Shown piece after piece: positions 58,638 to 64,000 of a stretch of 64,000 nt of DNA (positions are counted from its first letter, which is position 1; the number at the start of each line of letters is the position of its first letter). The translations under genes and the position numbers were made by a program. The notes under the pieces were generated by a model. It saw only the letters and a program-made list of their open reading frames with translations, had not been told where the DNA came from and did not search any database. Source of the DNA: Candidatus Sericytochromatia bacterium (lineage in GTDB: Bacteria; Cyanobacteriota; Sericytochromatia; S15B-MN24; VGJW01); the NCBI GenBank assembly GCA_035285865.1, contig JAYKHS010000022.1, forward strand, positions 64,001-128,000, read 5' to 3'.

Positions 58638-59527
58638 CAGGCAAGCTCCAGCAGGGCCGTGTCGGGCGAGTTCTCCTCGAGCAGGACGTTGTCGATCAGG
58701 CGTGCAGGACCAATCCGGACCGCCATGGCGGCGACACCCGGGGATGTCAGCATCGAAGGGCGTTCGAGGTCCTGGTGACGGACCTCGAGATAGTCGATGG
58801 CTCCCAGGTTCACGTCGCGCTCCTGGAAGCGCTTCCACGTCTCGTGGCCAACCGACTCTAGGGCGTCCGTGCCGCGTTCGCCAGCGCGCCAACGGGCAAG
58901 CACGGCGGCCAGGGTCCGTGACAAGGCGCCTGCCCGCGTCCTGTCATCGGGCATCAGGTAGGCGTTGCGGCTCGACATCGCGACGCCATCCTGCTCGCGA
59001 ACGGTCGGACACCGGACGATGCGCGTGCCCAGGCACAGATCGGCGGCCATGGCCTCGATGATCCGCAACTGCTGGAAGTCCTTCTGTCCGAACAAGGCCA
59101 CATCGGGACGCACCAAGCCCAGAAGCTTGCTGACGACCGTGCAGACGCCCGCGAAGTGACCGGGGCGGACAAGGCCGCACCAGAGGTCCGACAACCGCGG
59201 CGGCGGCACGACTCTGAATGCCTCGAGCCCCTGCGGATACATCGTCTCGGCGGAGGGGTGGAACAGCACGTCGCACCCCCATTCGGTCAACTTCGTGCTG
59301 TCGCCGTCGAGGTCTCGGGGATAGCGGGCAAGATCCTCGGTCGGGCCGAACTGGGTGGGGTTCACGAAGATGCTCGCGACGACGAGGTCCCCGTATTGCC
59401 GGGCGGCACGGACCAGCGCGCCGTGCCCTTCGTGGAGAGCGCCCATCGTGGGCACGAATGCCGTGCGGGAGCCCGGTCGCCGCAACGCGAGAAGCGCTTC
59501 TGCCGACGTGACGATCCGGACCGTCAT
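58637..59527 (-). CDS. panC: Pantoate--beta-alanine ligase
   Basis: FVPTMGALHEGH, SIFVNPTQF, RPGHF, FGQKDFQQ, AMSSRN, RLIDN. Confidence 0.96.
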   Translation of the reverse strand: MTVRIVTSAEALLALRRPGSRTAFVPTMGALHEGHGALVRAARQYGDLVVASIFVNPTQFGPTEDLARYPRDLDGDSTKLTEWGCDVLFHPSAETMYPQGLEAFRVVPPPRLSDLWCGLVRPGHFAGVCTVVSKLLGLVRPDVALFGQKDFQQLRIIEAMAADLCLGTRIVRCPTVREQDGVAMSSRNAYLMPDDRTRAGALSRTLAAVLARWRAGERGTDALESVGHETWKRFQERDVNLGAIDYLEVRHQDLERPSMLTSPGVAAMAVRIGPARLIDNVLLEENSPDTALLELA

Positions 59528-60762
59528 CCTTCCCTCCGCAGGGCCTGTGCGGGATCGAGGCCGGCTGCTGCCAGTGCCGGCCGCGCCCCGAAGACGGCCC
59601 CCGTGGCCAAGGCCGCCAGCACACCCGACGCCATGGCGGACCACGGCCACGAGAAGACCCAACTGCCGAGGACTTGTCCGAGTACCCACGAGCCCAATCC
59701 GGCAACGAGGAGGCCTCCGGCCACCCCCATCAGTCCGCCGAGCGTGGCGAGAAGCATGGCCTCCCCGAGGAACATCGCGAGAATCTGGCGCCGTGTGGCT
59801 CCCAGTGCGCGCCGCAGTGCGATTTCGGGCGTCCGCTGCAGGGTCGAGAACAGCAGGACATTCATCAGGTTCATGCCGCCTACGAGCAGACAAACACTGG
59901 CGATGACCACCTCGAGCCCGAGGCCTATGGCCGAGGCGAGGCGCACCGAGGACTGATTCTCCCGCGGGTCCGTGACCTTGAAGTTCTGCACGCCGCCGTG
60001 TCGCCACGCGACTGTGGCCCGTGCGCTGTGGACGAGCGCTTCGAGCGGTTTCGCCTCGAGGGTTTCGCGCGTGGCGCGCACCACGATCTCCCGCAAGTCC
60101 TTGATGCTGGCGAAATGCTCCTGGAAGCGTGTCTCGGGCACCAATACCGATCCGTCCCACGTGAAGAAACTCTGTCCCTGTACCGCCGGCTTTCGGGCGA
60201 GAATTCCGACCACCCTGTAGCGGTGGCCGTCCAGCCGGACCCAGCCTCCGACCCGGATGGGGCCCTGTCGGGCCGCGAGGCCCCGCGCTGCCTTGGCTCC
60301 GATCACGGCCACCTGCGCGCGTCCGACCATGTCGTCTTGCGTCAGAAATCTCCCGCGCCGGAGCTCGAGCCTGTAGAAGCCAAGGGCCTCCGGGCGGGTG
60401 CCCACCACGGTGACACTCTGGCCGAAGCGTTCTCCCCAGCGCACGCGCTTGACGTGGCGGCCCAGTACCGTCGTCCCGGCAAGGCGTTTCGTGCCGCGCA
60501 GCGCGCGGGCATCCAGTCGGGAGAGAGGCGGTGCCGCAACCGATCCGGGGTCCTCATGCCACTTGCGTGAAAGGCTGAACACATCCTCGCCTGAGGCCTG
60601 CTGGAGGCTTCGGGCCAGGTAGTGCTCCGCGCTGCGGACCGTGCTGGACAGTGCCACCAGAGTTCCGACGCCCAAAATGATGCCGAGCAGCGTGAGCAGG
60701 CTGCGGAAACGATGACGGAGCAGCGCCTCAAGAATGAGCGCCCACTGGTCGGAGAAGCTCAT
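59524..60762 (-). CDS. MacB/FtsX-type ABC permease
   Basis: RSLLTLLGIILG, GGMNLMN..QRTPEIALRRALGA, PAQALR. Confidence 0.9.
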   Translation of the reverse strand: MSFSDQWALILEALLRHRFRSLLTLLGIILGVGTLVALSSTVRSAEHYLARSLQQASGEDVFSLSRKWHEDPGSVAAPPLSRLDARALRGTKRLAGTTVLGRHVKRVRWGERFGQSVTVVGTRPEALGFYRLELRRGRFLTQDDMVGRAQVAVIGAKAARGLAARQGPIRVGGWVRLDGHRYRVVGILARKPAVQGQSFFTWDGSVLVPETRFQEHFASIKDLREIVVRATRETLEAKPLEALVHSARATVAWRHGGVQNFKVTDPRENQSSVRLASAIGLGLEVVIASVCLLVGGMNLMNVLLFSTLQRTPEIALRRALGATRRQILAMFLGEAMLLATLGGLMGVAGGLLVAGLGSWVLGQVLGSWVFSWPWSAMASGVLAALATGAVFGARPALAAAGLDPAQALRREG

Positions 60763-61991
60763 CCGGCGTCCCCTCTGAGTGCGGCCACCGGATCGAGCGC
60801 AGCCGCGCGTCGTGCCGGCATCCAGCCGAAGACGACGCCCGTGGCGAGGGTCGCCAGCACGGCGGCACCCACGGCCGGACCGCTCAGGACCACGGTCCAT
60901 TCAGGTTGCAGTCGGGGGACCACGACGGCTAGCAGCCCCACGATGCCCACGCCTGCCCCGAGGCCCGCGAGCCCTCCGGCAGCGGCCAGCATGAGGGCCT
61001 CGATCAGGAACTGCTGCCGGATGGTGGAGGGTGGGGCTCCAAGCGCGAGGCGCAGGCCGATCTCACGGGTCCGTTCGACGACACCGACCAGCATCATGTT
61101 GGTGATGCCTACGCCGCCGATGATCAGGCTGACGCCAGCCAGCAGGCCCACAAGCATGATCATCGCGTCGTAGGCCTTGTAGTAGCCGGCAATCATGGTG
61201 CCCAGATCGAGGAATTGGAAGTCATCGACGCCTCGATGCCGATGCAGCAGCAGACTGTTGGCCAGGGCCACGACCTCGGGGTTATGGCGCGAAGCAGTCG
61301 TCGTCAGGGAAATCATGCGCAGCCGACCTTCCGGCGAAGCGACCGTAAGCGGCAGCAGGACTACCTCGTTCCAGTCCGTGCCGAAGCGCATGCCGGCCTT
61401 CAGTGCAAGCCTCAGCGTGCCGACCACGCGATAGCGGTCCTCACCCACGCGGACCTCCTGCCCCACGGCATCCCCCCGGGGAAACAGCCGGTCCGCCGCG
61501 AGTCGGCCGAGGATGCAGACCTGCTGCCGACGGTCCAGGTCGTCCCGGCTCAGGTCACGGCCCGAGGCAATGCTCAGGGCGTGGCCCCTCACGTAGGCCT
61601 CGTCCACCCCCGATACGTCCAGGCGGGCCATCCTGCCGCCAGCTGCGTGCACGGATTGACTGTCCTCCCCCCCGCCACCCACCGGGGATACGACGGCGAC
61701 ATGGGGCAGACGCGCCCGCAAGGCTCGAGCATCGGCAAGCGTCAGGCCATCCACATGGGAGGCTTGCTTGGTGGCTGCAGCTTGAGGGGCGTCCGGCCAG
61801 ACCATGACCATCCGCGACCCCCCGATGGCTTCGATTCCTCGGGTCAGGGACACGAGGGCACTCTGGCCGAGGCTGACCAGCAGCACCACGGACAGCACCC
61901 CGATCGCAATCGCGAGGACCGTCAAGGCGGTACGGGCGCGGGATGCCGCCATCTGGGCGATGGCCTGCCTGAGGTGTTCGGCGAGCATCAC
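60759..61991 (-). CDS. MacB/FtsX-type ABC permease
   Basis: RTALTVLAIAIG, GGVGITNMMLVGVVERTREIGLRLALGA, PARRAAALDP. Confidence 0.92.
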   Translation of the reverse strand: MMLAEHLRQAIAQMAASRARTALTVLAIAIGVLSVVLLVSLGQSALVSLTRGIEAIGGSRMVMVWPDAPQAAATKQASHVDGLTLADARALRARLPHVAVVSPVGGGGEDSQSVHAAGGRMARLDVSGVDEAYVRGHALSIASGRDLSRDDLDRRQQVCILGRLAADRLFPRGDAVGQEVRVGEDRYRVVGTLRLALKAGMRFGTDWNEVVLLPLTVASPEGRLRMISLTTTASRHNPEVVALANSLLLHRHRGVDDFQFLDLGTMIAGYYKAYDAMIMLVGLLAGVSLIIGGVGITNMMLVGVVERTREIGLRLALGAPPSTIRQQFLIEALMLAAAGGLAGLGAGVGIVGLLAVVVPRLQPEWTVVLSGPAVGAAVLATLATGVVFGWMPARRAAALDPVAALRGDAG

Positions 61992-63238
61992 ATCTTCAGG
62001 GCGTTGTCGACGCCTGGAGGGGCGATCCGGACCCGGGCCCCTTCTTCGAGGCCGGAGATCACCTCGATCTCGCTGTCGCTGGACATGCCGATGCGGATGT
62101 CGCGTTGCTTGCCCTTCCTGGACTTGCCGTCGGCCATCGCAAGTTGCACGCGGGCACGTCCGCCCTTGCGATCGAGAAGCGCTTCGACGGGCAGCAACAG
62201 CACGTTCTGGCGGATGGCGACGTGCACGTCGAGGTCCGCCGTCATGCCGGGCTTCAGGCGTTCCGTGCCCGGGCCGGTCACGAGGGTGTCCACGGCAAAG
62301 GTCTGCAGCCCGTCTTTCAGGGCCTCGGCTGCAGGTGCAATGCGATGGATGCGGCCCTCCAGGCTGACGTCACCCAGGGCGTCCACGCGCACGGTCACCG
62401 GCATGCCGACCCGCAGCCTGCCCACATCCACCTGCCCGACATTGCTTTGGACGATCAAACGACGCAGGTCGGCCACCGTCAGGATCGCGTTGCCCTGGGC
62501 CAATGCCGATACGCCCGGGCTGACCATTTCGCCAACCTCGATGCCCCTGCGGATCACCACACCGTCGAGCGGAGAGCGAAGGGTTGCGTAACGTAGCTGG
62601 TCTTCAGCCGACGCAAGGGCCACGGCCATCCGATCGCGTTGCGCCCGAGCCTCGCGCAGGTCCTCGGCGCGGCTGCCCTTCGCCAGCATGGCGAGCCGCG
62701 CTGTCGCTCCATCACGGCGTGCACGGGCAGTGTCCAGATCGCGCTGGGCCATGTCCAGCTCACGCGGCGTCAGGGTCTGGGTCTGTGCCGCGGCGCGGCT
62801 CCGCTGGGCCTCGTCGTGGGCACGTGCTAGCTCGGCTTCCGCCACGCGGACTTCGGCGCGCGAAGCGGCAATCTCCTCGGGGCGAGGGCCGGCCGTCAGG
62901 CGGTCCAGCCTCGCCTGTGCCGCTGCGAGGTCGGCGCGCGCCTGCGCGCGATTGCGCTCCATATCGGTGATGTCAAGCGCCATGAGGACGTCCCCCTTGC
63001 GCACGCGACTGCCCGCATCGACGTCGAGACGGGCCACCTGACCGGCGATGCGGCTCTTGATGTCGACCTTGACGAGCGGTTGGACCGTACCAGTCTCCGC
63101 AAGGTCCACCTTGAGGTCGCCGCGCGCGACCGTCACGACGTCGGCCTCGCCGCCTCTCTCGGCTCGCGGACGCAGCATCCATCCGGCCGTGCCGAGCAGC
63201 GGCACGAGCGCGGCGACGATTAGCAGACGGCGGTTCAT
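61988..63238 (-). CDS. Efflux periplasmic adaptor (MacA/HlyD family)
   Basis: N-terminal TM, lipoyl halves VRKGDVL and LRSPLDGVV, long helical hairpin, LKPGMTA. Confidence 0.92.
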   Translation of the reverse strand: MNRRLLIVAALVPLLGTAGWMLRPRAERGGEADVVTVARGDLKVDLAETGTVQPLVKVDIKSRIAGQVARLDVDAGSRVRKGDVLMALDITDMERNRAQARADLAAAQARLDRLTAGPRPEEIAASRAEVRVAEAELARAHDEAQRSRAAAQTQTLTPRELDMAQRDLDTARARRDGATARLAMLAKGSRAEDLREARAQRDRMAVALASAEDQLRYATLRSPLDGVVIRRGIEVGEMVSPGVSALAQGNAILTVADLRRLIVQSNVGQVDVGRLRVGMPVTVRVDALGDVSLEGRIHRIAPAAEALKDGLQTFAVDTLVTGPGTERLKPGMTADLDVHVAIRQNVLLLPVEALLDRKGGRARVQLAMADGKSRKGKQRDIRIGMSSDSEIEVISGLEEGARVRIAPPGVDNALKM

Positions 63239-64000
63239 GGAGTCTCCTTGCCGAGGGCACGCGCAAGCTCCCAATGGGCAAGCATGCCTTCGATGGCGGC
63301 ATCGATCCGATCGGCCTGCGCTTGGGCCAGGCGGGTACGGGCCGTTTCGAGTTCGACCGGAAGGGCAAGCCCCTGGCGGAAGCGGGTGGCCGTGAGTGCG
63401 TGTGCCTGGCCGACGACGACGACAGCGCGGTCCTGAAGCTTCAGGCGAACGAGCGCTTGTCTGAGGCGCTCACGGGCGACGCGCTCGTCTCGGACCATGT
63501 CCAGGCGAAGGCGTTCCGACCGCTGTTCGGCCTCGAGCAGGTCGAGACGCGCCCGTTCGAAGTTCCGGCCAGCTCTACCGTTATCCAGCCAAGGCCACGC
63601 CATGTCGAGGCGCAGGCTCCACTGCCCGGCGAGCGGGTCGGTGGTGCGCAGCTGGATATCCGGGCGGACGAGGCCGTTGCCGGCCTCGATGCGGCCCGAC
63701 AGGCCCACGGTCGGGGCGAGCGCCGCCGCCGCCTCCTCCAGCCGCGCCTGAGCCTGGTTCACGAGGGCCTTCTGCGCCAGCCACTCGGGTCGTGTCTCCC
63801 AACTGCCCGAGGCCTCGGGCAGGCCGTCGGGGGAAACGGCTGCCTCGGTCAGTGTCCAAGCGCCATCGGAGAGCCCGACGAGGGTTTCGAGCCGGACGCG
63901 CGCCTCGGCGACGGCCTGGTCCTGTCGGTGCCACTGGTTTTCGGCTGCCAGATGCGCGGCCTCGAGGCCCGCGACGTCGGCGGCCGCACGACGCCCGTGA
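63235..64000 (-). CDS. TolC-family outer membrane efflux protein (5'-truncated)
   Basis: PTVGLSG beta strand, WPWLDNG, RFRQGL, helical repeats; upstream of the adaptor. Confidence 0.75.
   Translation of the reverse strand, partial: HGRRAAADVAGLEAAHLAAENQWHRQDQAVAEARVRLETLVGLSDGAWTLTEAAVSPDGLPEASGSWETRPEWLAQKALVNQAQARLEEAAAALAPTVGLSGRIEAGNGLVRPDIQLRTTDPLAGQWSLRLDMAWPWLDNGRAGRNFERARLDLLEAEQRSERLRLDMVRDERVARERLRQALVRLKLQDRAVVVVGQAHALTATRFRQGLALPVELETARTRLAQAQADRIDAAIEGMLAHWELARALGKETP

Overview
High-GC bacterial chromosomal window with no tRNA, rRNA, CRISPR or mobile element seen. It is dominated by a ~31 kb minus-strand, Firmicute-like fla/che operon: flgB-flgC-fliEFGHIJK-flgD-TIGR02530-flgE-(FliK-like + FlhB-C-like pair)-flbD-motAB-fliLMY-cheY-fliOPQR-flhBA-cheRACD-orf-fliA-cheW. 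The operon runs on into a DUF3326 gene and an ECF sigma/anti-sigma pair. A separate tandem array holds four minimal (274-275 aa) flagellins; three have sigma28 promoters and three have CsrA-type leader hairpins. Other loci are nrdR plus a strongly degenerate nrdD, a PolX with an altered polymerase site, a cytochrome c/ferredoxin pair, an adenylate cyclase-AAA-TPR protein with a minimal histidine kinase, Hsp20, addAB, a stand-alone MshEN protein, two PLD lipoproteins, ligA, panC-cmk and a TolC/MacAB-type exporter. TolC, a Firmicute-type flagellar operon, DUF3326 and coupled panC-cmk together suggest (inference only) a diderm, non-photosynthetic relative of Cyanobacteria such as Sericytochromatia. 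Most notable: the pseudo-enzyme-like NrdD, a phased GACATAA repeat shared by the fourth flagellin and flgB promoters, a hook protein with about four tandem D2 domains, a CTG-initiated motA in frame with flbD, and recurring leaderless promoters. All calls come from reading motifs by eye; no database searches were run.
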